Shown here one piece after another: positions 27,955-38,668 of a stretch of DNA of 64,000 nucleotides (position 1 is its first letter; the number at the start of each line of letters is the position of its first letter). The translations under genes were made by a program, and so were the position numbers. The DNA comes from Solirubrobacteraceae bacterium (GTDB taxonomy: Bacteria > Actinomycetota > Thermoleophilia > Solirubrobacterales > Solirubrobacteraceae), in the NCBI GenBank assembly GCA_035524055.1, contig DATKPO010000052.1:2040-66039 (forward strand), read 5' to 3'. Below the pieces are notes generated by a model. That model ran no database searches and was not told the origin of the DNA. It saw only the letters and a program-made list of their open reading frames with translations.

Positions 27955-28458
27955 ATGACCAATGCCGACGACATGCTGGCCCTTGCCGCCACCCGCGGGG
28001 ACGAGCTGGCGGTGCCCGAGATGAGCGCGCGGCCGAGTCGCCGGGTCGCGATCCTGACGTGCATGGACGTGCGCATCGACCCCGCCCTGCTGCTGGGCGT
28101 CGAGCGCGGCGAGGCACACGTCATCCGCAACGCCGGCGGCCTGGTGACGGACGACGCGATCCGCTCGCTGAGCGCCTCCCAGCGGCTGCTGGGCAGCGAG
28201 GAGGTCGTCGTCGTGATGCACGAGGGCTGCGGCCTTTGCGGCGCCTCCGAGGACGACTTCGCCCGCGTCCTGGCGGCCGACGGGTCGCTGCCGGGCTGGC
28301 GGCTGGGCGCGTTCGACGACGTCGAGGCCGCCCTGCGCCAGGGGCTGGAGCGTCTGCGCCGCAGCCCCGAGCTGCCGCACCGCGAGCAGATCCGGGGGCT
28401 CGTGTTCGATCCCCGCAGCGGGTCGCTGCGGGAGGCGCGGACGAGCGGCGACGCCTGA
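27955..28458 (+). CDS. Beta-class carbonic anhydrase
   Basis: Zn ligands CMDVR (CxDxR) and HEGC (HxxC); 'IRNAGG'. Alternative start at 27934. Confidence 0.92.
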   Translation: MTNADDMLALAATRGDELAVPEMSARPSRRVAILTCMDVRIDPALLLGVERGEAHVIRNAGGLVTDDAIRSLSASQRLLGSEEVVVVMHEGCGLCGASEDDFARVLAADGSLPGWRLGAFDDVEAALRQGLERLRRSPELPHREQIRGLVFDPRSGSLREARTSGDA

Positions 28459-28497
28459 GCGAGCGGCGACGCCTGAGCGAGCGGCGACACCTGAGCG
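28442..28497. repeat. 18-nt tandem repeat x3 spanning the carbonic anhydrase stop codon
   Basis: CGAGCGGCGAC(G/A)CCTGAG three times. Confidence 0.9.
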
Positions 28498-28552
28498 TGC
28501 GGCCCAGCTCGCTCCGCGCGCGCCGCCCCGCGACCGGCGACGCGCTCGAGGC

Positions 28553-29605
28553 TCAGCTATCGACGGTCCTGAGGTTGCAGTCGGTGCCGTGAAGCACGCG
28601 GCAGACCACGTCGTACCCCTGGCGCGGCTTTTCGTGGGCGTTCATCAGTCCCGCGTCGAACCGTGTGCGGGAATTGCCGCCGTGCCAGTCATAGATGTAG
28701 AGCCGCTTGATCTGCGGCACGGCGCTGGCGACGCCGAACATGTATTTCAGGACCTTCGCCGCCCGCCTGACGCCGGCGCCGTGGTTGTTCTTGAACTCGC
28801 CGGCGAATTTCACTATCCCGCCGGTCTCCGTCAGCCAGACCTGCCCGCCCATCGCCCTGACGATCTCGCGCGTGCGCCAGCTCTGGAAGCGATTGATGTC
28901 CGAGTAGTTGTGCAACCCCCAGATCGACGGCATCGGTGCTCCGATGCGGCGGACCTCGTACTTGAATTCCGCGATGTACTGGAGCGTCGGGTAGGGGTTG
29001 TCCTGGTCGAGCACATCCAGGCCGATCACGGTGCAATGGGTGCAGTCGCGCTTGAGCGCCTGGTAGTAGAGGGCGGTCTGCACGGCGGAGGGGCTCGGGA
29101 ACGAGGCGTTGCCGTCGTAGACGAAGCCGCGGTTGTCCTCGTCCCAGGCCTGGTATTCGCGGACGTGGGGGAAGTCCTTGATGAACTTCGCCACGTCGCG
29201 TCGGTAGGTCGCGGCGCTCGGCAGGTTCATCGGTGGATGTTCGGAATGGTAGAAGGCGATCAGTATTTTCATGTGATCGGCTTCGGCGTCGGCGATCCAT
29301 TCCCGCGCCCATTTCAGCGAGCGCGGCTTGACGGCGGTGTTGTAGGGCGTGATGTAGCGGGCGATCCTGGTGTGCAGGTTCAGGAACGTCTTTTTCGCGA
29401 ACATCTGGTCCGCCTCGTCGCCGATGCCCGTCATGTAGGAGGGTCCGTGGTAGCGAGACCCGTGCGCGGGCGCCGGGCGGTGACGGGAGGCGCCAGCCGC
29501 GCCCGCGGCGAGGATCGCGACGGAGAGCAGGACGAGCAGCGAGGCGGCCGCGAGCGGACGCAGGGGCAGCGTGGAGCGGAGAGGGGGAAGTCGGCGCATG
29601 TCCAT
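28553..29605 (-). CDS. Secreted clan GH-A-like TIM-barrel glycoside hydrolase
   Basis: Signal peptide; 'AWDEDN' (acid/base position), 'GLHNY', 'VWLTETGG' (nucleophile position), 'RLYIY.W', 'DAGL'. Confidence 0.75.
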   Translation of the reverse strand: MDMRRLPPLRSTLPLRPLAAASLLVLLSVAILAAGAAGASRHRPAPAHGSRYHGPSYMTGIGDEADQMFAKKTFLNLHTRIARYITPYNTAVKPRSLKWAREWIADAEADHMKILIAFYHSEHPPMNLPSAATYRRDVAKFIKDFPHVREYQAWDEDNRGFVYDGNASFPSPSAVQTALYYQALKRDCTHCTVIGLDVLDQDNPYPTLQYIAEFKYEVRRIGAPMPSIWGLHNYSDINRFQSWRTREIVRAMGGQVWLTETGGIVKFAGEFKNNHGAGVRRAAKVLKYMFGVASAVPQIKRLYIYDWHGGNSRTRFDAGLMNAHEKPRQGYDVVCRVLHGTDCNLRTVDS

Positions 29606-29615
29606 CGGGAACAGG

Positions 29616-30209
29616 CTAGGCGTCCGAAGGTTGCGCAGGCGCTGGTTCGGCGCTGGCCCGCACCGCAGTTTGCAGCGCGGCGCGGACGGGACGCAGGGCG
29701 ATCAGCTCGGCGGGGACGTGGGCCAGCAGCCAGGCGACGTCCTCCGGCGTGAACCCCTCCCCCTCGCCCGCGCCGCCCGCGCCGGCGGCGACGACCATCC
29801 GCTCGAAGCGCTCGTGTTGGATCAGCTGGCGCAAGGCGTGGCGCACGGTGCGGCCCCGCTCGATGCGGGTGTCCACCGGCACGTGGGCGCGCGCGGCGCG
29901 CTGCTCGATGGCCTCCAGGAGGCTCAGCGCGGTGTCGGCCTCGCGGGGCAGGGGCACGTCGACGTCCAGGCGCAGCGGCACCAGGGCCAGGTAGACCGGC
30001 ATCAGGGTCGCGTCCTCCGCCCGGGCGAGCCGCAGCGCGGCCACCAGCGCCGGCTCGGAGAGCCCTTCGGCGGTGAAGGGGAAGGCGATCCTGCGCACCC
30101 CCTCCCGCCGGCGCAGGGCGCGGGTGCGCCGCTCGCGTTCGAGCAGCAGCGCGGCGCCGAACCCGACGGCGACACCGACGACGAGCAGGACCACCGCGAG
30201 CGCGTTCAC
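29616..30209 (-). CDS. Membrane-anchored universal stress protein
   Basis: N-terminal TM helix (VNALAVVLLVVGVAVGFGAALLL), then USP-like 'RRIAFPF..AALRLARAEDATLMPVY..ERGRTVRHAL'; GTGA overlap with the upstream gene. Confidence 0.8.
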   Translation of the reverse strand: MNALAVVLLVVGVAVGFGAALLLERERRTRALRRREGVRRIAFPFTAEGLSEPALVAALRLARAEDATLMPVYLALVPLRLDVDVPLPREADTALSLLEAIEQRAARAHVPVDTRIERGRTVRHALRQLIQHERFERMVVAAGAGGAGEGEGFTPEDVAWLLAHVPAELIALRPVRAALQTAVRASAEPAPAQPSDA

Positions 30210-31357
30210 AGCTCGTCGCTTTCCACGGCCTCGCCGGCGGCCGTTCGCAGCGTGCGGTCGGCGACGATCCGCAGGTCCACGCCCGGCAGCCCGCGCAGCA
30301 GCCGGAACGGCAGCGCCGGCTGGGTGAGGCGGCGCCAGGCGTTGCGGGGCTTGGGGGTTCCCATCAGCACGTAGGTGGTGTTGCGCCCCTGGGCGACCCG
30401 GATCGCGACGTCGGCGACGTCGTCGCCCTCCTCGATCAACAGCTGCGCGCCGAGCACCGATGCCAGGCGCCGCAGCGCCTCCAGCTGCTCGCGTTCCTCG
30501 GTCGACGCCGTGGCGCCCGGGGGTCGCACCACGAGGACGTCGAGAGCGGCCCCCAGGCGCTGCGCCGAGCGCCACGCGCGGCGCACGACGCGCTGTGATT
30601 TGGGCGACGGCGTCACCAGCGCGAGCAGCCGCTCGGAGATCGCCTGCGGCGCGGCGCTCGTCAGCAGCCGGTCCTCGCGCCTTCCCCCGGGCGCCCCGCG
30701 CACGCGGCGCTCGAGCTCGACGCCCTCGGCGACCTGGCGCAGGGCGGTCTCGCGCAGCGCCGCGAGGTTCTCGATCTTGAAGAAGTTGCCCAGCGCCGCC
30801 TGGATGCGCTCGGGGGGATAGACCTTGCCGGCGCGCAGCCTGCCGATGAGCGCCTCGGGGGTGACGTCGACGAGCACCGCCTCGTCCGCCGCCGAGAGCA
30901 CGGCGTCGGGGATCGTCTCGCGCACCCGCACGCCGGTCAGCTGCGTCACCTGGTCGTTGAGGCTCTCCAGGTGCTGGACGTTGACCGTCGAGAAGACGTC
31001 GATGCCGGCGGCGAGGACGTCGCGGACGTCTTCGTAGCGCTTCTCGTGCTCTACCCCCGGGGCATTGGTGTGGGCGAGCTCGTCGATCAGGCACAGCTCG
31101 GGCGCCCGGGCGAGCACCGCCGGCAGGTCCATCTCCTCGATCTCGGTGTCGCGATAGCCGACCCGCCGGCGCGGCACGATCTCCAGCCCCTCGGACTGGG
31201 TCAGGGTGTCCATCCGTCCGTGCGTCTCCAGGTAGCCGACCACGACGTCGCGTCCCGCCTCGACCTCGGCCTGGCCCTCCTGCAGCATCCGGTAGGTCTT
31301 GCCGACGCCCGCGGCCATGCCGATGAAGACCTTCAGGTGACCGCGCCGCTGCGCCAT
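30206..31357 (-). CDS. kdpD: Stand-alone KdpD N-terminal sensor (KdpD domain + USP)
   Basis: 'GMAAGVGKTYRML', 'ETHGR', 'DELAHTN', 'NVQHLESLND', 'NLAALRE'; no TM or kinase domain. Confidence 0.9.
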   Translation of the reverse strand: MAQRRGHLKVFIGMAAGVGKTYRMLQEGQAEVEAGRDVVVGYLETHGRMDTLTQSEGLEIVPRRRVGYRDTEIEEMDLPAVLARAPELCLIDELAHTNAPGVEHEKRYEDVRDVLAAGIDVFSTVNVQHLESLNDQVTQLTGVRVRETIPDAVLSAADEAVLVDVTPEALIGRLRAGKVYPPERIQAALGNFFKIENLAALRETALRQVAEGVELERRVRGAPGGRREDRLLTSAAPQAISERLLALVTPSPKSQRVVRRAWRSAQRLGAALDVLVVRPPGATASTEEREQLEALRRLASVLGAQLLIEEGDDVADVAIRVAQGRNTTYVLMGTPKPRNAWRRLTQPALPFRLLRGLPGVDLRIVADRTLRTAAGEAVESDEL

Positions 31358-31392
31358 GCCGGCATTCTCCCCCGCCGGCTGCGCGAAGGCGC

Positions 31393-33474
31393 TCAGGCCC
31401 CCAATAGGTTGTGCACGATCAGGTCGATCAGCTTGATCCCGATGAACGGCGCCACGATCCCGCCGAGGCCGTAGATCCAGAGGTTGCGGCGCAATAGCGC
31501 GCTGGCCCCGATCGGCCGGTAGCGCACGCCGCGCAGCGCCAGCGGGATCAGCAGGGGGATGACGATCGCGTTGAAGATGATCGCCGAGATGATCGCCGAG
31601 TGGGGGTCGCCGAGGTCCATCAGGTTGAGGACGTGCAGGGGGCCCTCGCCACCGGCCGTCGTCGCGTAGGTGGCGATGAAGATCGCGGGCAGGATCGCGA
31701 AGTACTTGGCGACGTCGTTGGCGATCGAGAAGGTGGTGAGCGCGCCGCGGGTGATCAGCAGCTGCTTGCCGACCTCGACGATCTCGATCAGCTTCGTCGG
31801 GTTGGAGTCGAGATCGACCATGTTTCCCGCCTCGCGCGCGGCCTGGGTGCCGGTGTTCATCGCCACGCCGACGTCTGCCTGGGCGAGGGCGGGGGCGTCG
31901 TTGGTGCCGTCGCCGGTCATCGCCACCAGGCGCCCGTCGGCCTGCTGCTCGCGGATCAGCGCCAGCTTGCGCTCGGGGGTGGCTTCGGCGAGGAAGTCGT
32001 CGACGCCGGACTCCTCGGCGATCTTGGCCGCGGTGAGACGGTTGTCGCCGGTGACCATCACGGTCTTGATCCCCATCGCCCGGAGCTGGTCGAAGCGGAC
32101 CTTCATGCCCTCCTTGATCGTGTCCTTGAGGTAGATCACGCCGAGCACCTGGCTGTCGCGCGCGACAGCCAGCGGGGTGCCGCCCTCACGGCCGATGCGG
32201 TCGAGCTGGCTCTGCAGCTCGGGCGGCGCCTGCCCGCCTTCGCCCTCGACGAACTCGATGATCGCGTCGCCTGCCCCCTTGCGCAGCTGGTGGCCGTCGA
32301 AGTCGACGCCGCTCATCCGCGTCTGCGCCGTGAACGGGACGAAGTCGGCCTGCAGGGTGCTCATGTCGTGCTCGCGCAGCCCGTAGCGCTTGGCGAGCAC
32401 CACGATCGAGCGGCCCTCGGGCGTCTCGTCGGCCAGCGAGGAGAGCTGCGCCGCCTCGGCCAGCTCGGCCTCTGGCACGCCGGGCATCGGGATGAACTCC
32501 GAGGCCAGGCGGTTGCCGATCGTGATCGTGCCGGTCTTGTCGAGCAGCAGCACGTCGACGTCGCCGGACGCCTCGACCGCCCGGCCCGACAGCGCGAGCA
32601 CGTTGCGCCGCACGAGGCGATCCATGCCGGCGATCCCGATCGCCGAGAGCAGCGCGCCGATGGTCGTCGGGATCAGCGCGACGAGCAGCGAGATCAGCGT
32701 CGTCTCGGAGATCGAGGTTCCCGCGAACAGGCCGAAGGGGCGCAGCGTGGCGACGACGATCATGAAGATCAGGGTCAGCGCCGCCAGCAGGATGTTGAGC
32801 GCGATCTCGTTCGGGGTCTTGCGCCGCTCGGCGCCCTCGACGAGCGCGATCATGCGGTCCAGGAAGGAGTGCCCGGGCTCCTGGGTGATCTCGACGACGA
32901 TCTCGTCGGAGGTGACGCGCGTGCCGCCGGTGACAGCGCTGCGGTCGCCGCCGGACTCGCGGATGACCGGGGCGGACTCGCCGGTGATCGCCGACTCGTC
33001 GACGGTGGCGATGCCCTCGATCACCGTGCCGTCGCCGGGGATCAGCTCGCCGGCGGTGACCACGACGACGTCGCCGCGGGTCAGCTCCGAGGCGGCTCTG
33101 GTGGAGCCGTCGCGCATCCGCGCCACGGTCTCCTTGCGCATCGTGCGCAGCGTGTCCGCCTGGGCGCGCCCGCGACCCTCGGCGAATGCCTCGGCCATGT
33201 TCGCGAAGATCACCGTCAGCCACAGCCAGATCGCGATCGTGAACGTGTACCACGCCGGGTCGTTGCCGCCGCCGAGCGCCTTGCCGCCGAAGACCTGGAT
33301 CAGCCAGGTGATCGTCGTTATGACCGAGCCGATCTCGACGACGAACATCACGGGGTTGCGGATCTGCACGCGCGGGTCGAGCTTCTTGACGGAGTCGATC
33401 AGCGCGCGGCCGACGATGTCGCGCTGGAACAGCGAGATCGCCTGGCGCTCGTGGGTGGCGGGCATCGTCGACAT
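31393..33474 (-). CDS. kdpB: K+-transporting P-type ATPase subunit B
   Basis: TGES, DKTGT, TGDGTND, 'LIPTTIG', '[10 protein letters not shown]'. Confidence 0.98.
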   Translation of the reverse strand: MSTMPATHERQAISLFQRDIVGRALIDSVKKLDPRVQIRNPVMFVVEIGSVITTITWLIQVFGGKALGGGNDPAWYTFTIAIWLWLTVIFANMAEAFAEGRGRAQADTLRTMRKETVARMRDGSTRAASELTRGDVVVVTAGELIPGDGTVIEGIATVDESAITGESAPVIRESGGDRSAVTGGTRVTSDEIVVEITQEPGHSFLDRMIALVEGAERRKTPNEIALNILLAALTLIFMIVVATLRPFGLFAGTSISETTLISLLVALIPTTIGALLSAIGIAGMDRLVRRNVLALSGRAVEASGDVDVLLLDKTGTITIGNRLASEFIPMPGVPEAELAEAAQLSSLADETPEGRSIVVLAKRYGLREHDMSTLQADFVPFTAQTRMSGVDFDGHQLRKGAGDAIIEFVEGEGGQAPPELQSQLDRIGREGGTPLAVARDSQVLGVIYLKDTIKEGMKVRFDQLRAMGIKTVMVTGDNRLTAAKIAEESGVDDFLAEATPERKLALIREQQADGRLVAMTGDGTNDAPALAQADVGVAMNTGTQAAREAGNMVDLDSNPTKLIEIVEVGKQLLITRGALTTFSIANDVAKYFAILPAIFIATYATTAGGEGPLHVLNLMDLGDPHSAIISAIIFNAIVIPLLIPLALRGVRYRPIGASALLRRNLWIYGLGGIVAPFIGIKLIDLIVHNLLGA

Positions 33475-34133
33475 CAGCTCTTCGCTCCAGTCAGCCGGTC
33501 GAGGGCAAGGTTCAGCTCGAGCACGTTCACACCTTCTTCGCCGGAGAAGCCCAGACCGCGGCCGGAGGTGTGCCTCGCGATCAGCGCATTCACAGTGGCC
33601 AGCGAGAGATGGCGCACGGCAGCGATGCGGTGCGCCTGGATCCAGGCGTTGGCCGGCGAGATTTCGGGATCCAGGCCGGAGGCCGAGCTGTTGACGGCGT
33701 CGACCGGGATCTTCGCCACGGTCAACCCGGGGTCATAGGGCTTGTTCAGCTCGAGGTAGGCCTTGATGTTTTCTTCGTCGGCTTCCTTGGTCTTGACGCT
33801 GTTGGGGCCTTTGTTGGAGAACGTGCTCGCGGCGGCGTTGTCGGCCCCGCCTTCGGTCGCCGAGGGACGGGTCTGGAAGTAGCGCGGATCGGGCGTCGTC
33901 TGCACTTCTCCTTCGACTTCCTTGACCTTCCCGTTTTCGACCACCGGCGTGGCGAAGCTCTGGCCGATCAGCTTCGAGCCGACCACTCTCCCGTTCACCT
34001 TCACCTGCGAGCCGTTGGCGGCCCCCGGGAAGGCGACCTGGCTGACGCCGGTGATGACCAGCGGGTAGACCAGGCCGAGCAGGATCGTGAACACGATCAT
34101 GGAGAGCACGGCTGTCACGATGTCGCGTTTCAT
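33474..34133 (-). CDS. kdpC: K+-transporting ATPase subunit C
   Basis: 'YPLVITG', 'GSKLIGQ', '[10 protein letters not shown]', '[11 protein letters not shown]'. Confidence 0.96.
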   Translation of the reverse strand: MKRDIVTAVLSMIVFTILLGLVYPLVITGVSQVAFPGAANGSQVKVNGRVVGSKLIGQSFATPVVENGKVKEVEGEVQTTPDPRYFQTRPSATEGGADNAAASTFSNKGPNSVKTKEADEENIKAYLELNKPYDPGLTVAKIPVDAVNSSASGLDPEISPANAWIQAHRIAAVRHLSLATVNALIARHTSGRGLGFSGEEGVNVLELNLALDRLTGAKS

Positions 34134-34134
34134 C

Positions 34135-35925
34135 TCAGTAGAGGTGTGTCGTCAGGCCCTGCACGATCGGACCGAGCAGCAGGGCGGGGAAGAAGGTCAG
34201 CGCGCCGACGAGCACGATCACGCCGATCAGCAGGATCGCGAAGGTGGGGTTGTCGGTGCGCATCGTGCCGAGGCCGGCCGGCGTGACGCGCTTGCCGGCC
34301 AGCGCGCCGGCGACGGCGAGGGCGAAGAGAATCGGGGCGTAGCGCGCGAACACCATGTCCAGGCCGCCGAGGATGTCGGCGAAGGTGACGCCATGGGCGC
34401 CGAGATTGCCCGCGTTGGGCTGGATGTAGCCGGTGTAGCCGGCGAACGCCGAGCCGTTGTTGTTCGCCTGGGAGAGATAGGCGTAGAAGGTCTCCGAGAA
34501 GCCCTGGGGGGTGTTCCCTCCGGCCTTGGAGAGCGCGGCTTCGGAGATCGATTTGCGCCCGGCGTTGCTCGCGGTCGCGAGCGCCGTGCAGAACAGGGCC
34601 GCCAGCGGGGTGATCAGGATGCCGAGCCCGGCGAGCTTGATCTCCCGCGCCTCGAGCTTCTTGCCCAGCCACTCCGGCGTGCGCCCCACCATCAGCCCGC
34701 CGATGAAGACCGCCAGCAGGACGTAGAGGAGAATCGAGTAGAGCCCTGTGCCGACCCCGCCGAAGATCACCTCGCTGGCGGAGAGGTTGGCGAACGGCAC
34801 CGCGCCGCCGATGCCCGTGAAGGACTCGATCGCGCTGTTGACGGCGCCGCATGAGGTGACGGTCGTGATCACGTCGAACAGCGCCGAGCTGGCGATTCCG
34901 AAGCGCTGCTCCTTGCCTTCCATGTTGCCGCCGCCCGAGCCGTGGATCACGCCCGTGTGCAGGCCGGCGGCGTGCTGCGCGGGCGAGCCGTGCGCCTCGG
35001 CGATGTAGGCCACGGCGACGGCGCCGAGGAACATGAACATCACCACCCCGTAGATCGCGTAGCCCTGGCGGCGGTTGCCGGCCATGCGGCCGTAGGCGAA
35101 GATCAGCGCCGCCGGTATCACCAGCACGAGCAGCATCTCGAAGAAGTTGGTGAACCCGTTGGGGTTCTCGAAGGGGTGCGCCGAGTTGGTGTTGAAGAAG
35201 CCGCCCCCGTTGGTGCCGAGCTCCTTGATCGCCTCCTGCGAGGCGACCGGCCCCATCGCGATCTTCTGCGTCAGGCCGGTGATCGTGTGCACCGTGAGGT
35301 AATCGGAGAAGTTGGCGATCACGCCCTGCGAGGCGAGAACCAGCGCGCCGACGATCGCGATCGGCAGCAGGATGTACAGCACGACGCGCACGATGTCCTG
35401 CCAGAAGTTGCCGATGCCCTTGCCCGTCCGCCCGACGATGCCGCGGATCAGGGCGGCCGCGACGACGATCCCGACGCCGGCGGAGACGAAGTTCTGCACC
35501 GTCAGCCCCGCCATCTGGCTGAGGTAGGTCATCGTAGTCTCGCCGCCGTAGTACTGCCAGTTCGTGTTCGTCAGGAACGACGACACCGTGTTGAACGTCA
35601 CGTTCCACGAGGCCGAGTGGTAGCCGAGCGGGTTCAGCGCGTGCGGCACCCATGGAGCGTTCTGGGTACGCAGTATCAGGTACAGCAACAGCCAGCCGGC
35701 GAGCGAGAACAGCAGCAGGCTTTTCGCATACGCTTTCCAGTCCTGCTCGCGCCTTGGGTCGATCGCCATCACGCGGTAGAGAAACCGCTCCGGTCCGCCC
35801 AGCACGGGTGAGAGAAAGACGCGCTCCCCGGTGAACACGTTCGCCATGTAGCGGCCCAGCGGCAGCGCCAGCGCGGTGAGGATGATCGCGAACAGCGCGA
35901 TCGTCAGCCAACCCGTGAACGTCAT
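34135..35925 (-). CDS. kdpA: K+-transporting ATPase subunit A
   Basis: 'TNTNWQ', 'LGTNGGG', 'EGKEQRFG', 'NNNGSAFAG'. Confidence 0.98.
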   Translation of the reverse strand: MTFTGWLTIALFAIILTALALPLGRYMANVFTGERVFLSPVLGGPERFLYRVMAIDPRREQDWKAYAKSLLLFSLAGWLLLYLILRTQNAPWVPHALNPLGYHSASWNVTFNTVSSFLTNTNWQYYGGETTMTYLSQMAGLTVQNFVSAGVGIVVAAALIRGIVGRTGKGIGNFWQDIVRVVLYILLPIAIVGALVLASQGVIANFSDYLTVHTITGLTQKIAMGPVASQEAIKELGTNGGGFFNTNSAHPFENPNGFTNFFEMLLVLVIPAALIFAYGRMAGNRRQGYAIYGVVMFMFLGAVAVAYIAEAHGSPAQHAAGLHTGVIHGSGGGNMEGKEQRFGIASSALFDVITTVTSCGAVNSAIESFTGIGGAVPFANLSASEVIFGGVGTGLYSILLYVLLAVFIGGLMVGRTPEWLGKKLEAREIKLAGLGILITPLAALFCTALATASNAGRKSISEAALSKAGGNTPQGFSETFYAYLSQANNNGSAFAGYTGYIQPNAGNLGAHGVTFADILGGLDMVFARYAPILFALAVAGALAGKRVTPAGLGTMRTDNPTFAILLIGVIVLVGALTFFPALLLGPIVQGLTTHLY

Positions 35926-35928
35926 CGC

Positions 35929-36054
35929 CTAGAGCTTCTCCCCGCGGATCAGGGCGTAGAAGAGGTAGGCGATGATCAGCACCGACACGACCAGGCCGAA
36001 GAAGTCGGCGCCGCTCACGTGCGCCACGAAGAAGCCGAGGTCCGGCGCGCTCAT
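35929..36054 (-). CDS. kdpF: KdpF small membrane subunit (41 aa)
   Basis: Hand translation MSAPDLGFFVAHVSGADFFGLVVSVLIIAYLFYALIRGEKL; the end matches the KdpF 'YL.YAL..pE.F' pattern; lies directly before kdpA. Confidence 0.85.
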   Translation of the reverse strand: MSAPDLGFFVAHVSGADFFGLVVSVLIIAYLFYALIRGEKL

Positions 36055-36131
36055 ATGCGCTCGATTCCCTCGACGATCAACAGCAGGACCACGAACATCG
36101 CGATCCCGACGATCACAGCGACAATGTCCAT
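36051..36131 (-). CDS. Small hydrophobic peptide (26 aa) upstream of kdpF
   Basis: Hand translation MDIVAVIVGIAMFVVLLLIVEGIERI; single TM helix; ATGA overlap with kdpF. Confidence 0.75.
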   Translation of the reverse strand: MDIVAVIVGIAMFVVLLLIVEGIERI

Positions 36132-36212
36132 GCGCTCACTATTGCTTCCCGACCGTCACGGATGTGTGACGATCAGCCTGGCGCGTATAACGATTTCGTT
36201 ACGGGTCCGCCC

Positions 36213-36911
<699 letters not shown>

Positions 36912-36916
36912 GGGCG

Positions 36917-36984
36917 TGCCCCGGAGACCACGATGGCAGTCACGGACGTGTGCCCCGGGGACCACGATGGCAGTCACGGACGTG
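36917..36984. repeat. 34-nt tandem duplication at the kdpD/kdpE junction
   Basis: TGCCCCGG(A/G)GACCACGATGGCAGTCACGGACGTG twice. Confidence 0.9.
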
Positions 36985-38431
36985 CCTCCGGGACCGCGGT
37001 GGAGTGCTCACCGGCGCCGCGCCGCTCCAGCGGCAGCTCGAACACGAACGTCGCACCCTGGCCCGGCAGGGACTCGACGTGCAGGGTGCCGCCGTTGGCC
37101 TCCACGAAGCCCCGGGCGATGGCCAGCCCCAGGCCCGAGCCGCGGTGCCCGCCGCGCGCGGTGCCGGCGCGGTAGAAGGGCTCGAAGACCCGCTCGAGCT
37201 GGGCCGGCGGGATTCCCGGGCCGCGATCGACGATGCGCACGATCAACCGGTCGCCTTCGCCGCCGAGGGTGCGCACCACCCGCGCCCGCACCGAGACGGG
37301 ATGCCCGCCGGAGTGGCGCCGGGCGTTCTCCAGGACGTTGACGAGCGCCCGCTCCAGCTGGGTCGAGTCTGCGCGCACCAGCGGCAGGTCGCGGTCGACC
37401 GAGAGGTGGAAATCCTCGGTGTCGAGCGCCCCGAGCTCGCCGAGCGCGGCGTCGAGCACCTCCTCGATCGAGAGCCACTCGCGGTTGGGCTGGGCCGCGC
37501 CGGCCTCCAGGCGGGAGAGGTCGAGCAGGTTCTCCACCAGACGCGACAGCCGCCGGGTCTCGCCGACGATCACGCCGGCCAGCTCCTCGCGCTCCTTGGG
37601 CGAGATGCCCGGCAGCGCCAGCCCCTCGGCGGCGGCCGAGATCGCCGTCAGCGGGCTGCGCAGGTCGTGCGAGACCGCCCGCAGCAGGGCCGTCTTGACG
37701 ACGTCCGCCTGACGCAGCGCGGCGGTTTCGACGTTGCCGGCCTGCAGCGCCTCGCGCTCGCGCGCCGCCGTCACCAGCGCCTCCAGCGCGGGGACGATCC
37801 TTTCCTGCAGGCGCTGCAGGTTGCGCTCGGAGGTCTCCGCCCCGACGACAAGCGTGCCGAGCCGGCGGTCGCCCTCGCGCAGCGGGAACGCGACGTTGCG
37901 GCGGTCGCCGTCGACGGCCTCCATCGAGATCGCCGCCGAGGACAGGTCGAGCGCCTGCGCGATGCGCGCCGCGGCGCTCGGCAGCGCATCGGCGAGGCTC
38001 TCCCCGCGCAGCAGCAGGCGCGCCATCTCCAGCGCCAGGTCGGCCTCGCGCCGGCGTTCGAGCGCCTCGCGTGCCCGCGCCCGAGTGACCTCGGCGACGG
38101 AGCTCGTCAGCACGGCGACCACCAGGAAGGTCGCCAGCGCCACCCAGTTGTCCGGGTCCCTGAGCGTGAAGCGACCCACGGGCGGCAGGTGAAAGTAGTT
38201 GAACGCCGCGGCGCTCAGGAGCGCCGTGAAGGCCCCCAGCCAGGCCCCCCACGTGAGCGACACCACCAGCACCGCCAGCAGGTAGACGACGCCCAGCGAC
38301 ACCACCGGGGCGATCTGCTTGAGCAGGTACACGATCAGCGTGCACAGCGCGACCGCCGCGATCGCCGTCAGCGCCCCCGCCCGGCGCGACGGCGGGGACG
38401 GGGCGAGCAGGAAGCCGAGCACACGCGACAC
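36974..38431 (-). CDS. kdpD: KdpD C-terminal half: 4-TM (DUF4118-like) sensor histidine kinase
   Basis: TM region 'AFNYFHLPP..FT'; H-box 'VSHDLRSPL'; 'NVLENA'; 'DRGPGI'; 'GLGLAI'. Start inferred. Confidence 0.88.
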   Translation of the reverse strand: MSRVLGFLLAPSPPSRRAGALTAIAAVALCTLIVYLLKQIAPVVSLGVVYLLAVLVVSLTWGAWLGAFTALLSAAAFNYFHLPPVGRFTLRDPDNWVALATFLVVAVLTSSVAEVTRARAREALERRREADLALEMARLLLRGESLADALPSAAARIAQALDLSSAAISMEAVDGDRRNVAFPLREGDRRLGTLVVGAETSERNLQRLQERIVPALEALVTAAREREALQAGNVETAALRQADVVKTALLRAVSHDLRSPLTAISAAAEGLALPGISPKEREELAGVIVGETRRLSRLVENLLDLSRLEAGAAQPNREWLSIEEVLDAALGELGALDTEDFHLSVDRDLPLVRADSTQLERALVNVLENARRHSGGHPVSVRARVVRTLGGEGDRLIVRIVDRGPGIPPAQLERVFEPFYRAGTARGGHRGSGLGLAIARGFVEANGGTLHVESLPGQGATFVFELPLERRGAGEHSTAVPEARP

Positions 38432-38668
38432 GCCCGCAGAGCGTATAGCGCGGTGGAAGGCGCGGCCCAGCCGGCGGCGAGCGCCGTCACCGCCATGCGG
38501 CCCGGTCCGGGCGTCACGCGACGCGACCGACACCCGGCCATTCGGCCAACCCCGCTTCGCCGGTGCGGGGCGTCGGTAGAATGATCCCATCCGTCTGCGG
38601 GTGCTTGCGGCTCAGACGAGCGGGCCGGCTGCCGAAAAACCCCTGGAAGGCATGGAGACGCTCAGCGG

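Noticed and set aside
36917-36984. 34-nt repeats (and the 39-nt repeats at 27828) as CRISPR repeats
   Set aside because: Head-to-tail copies with no spacers.
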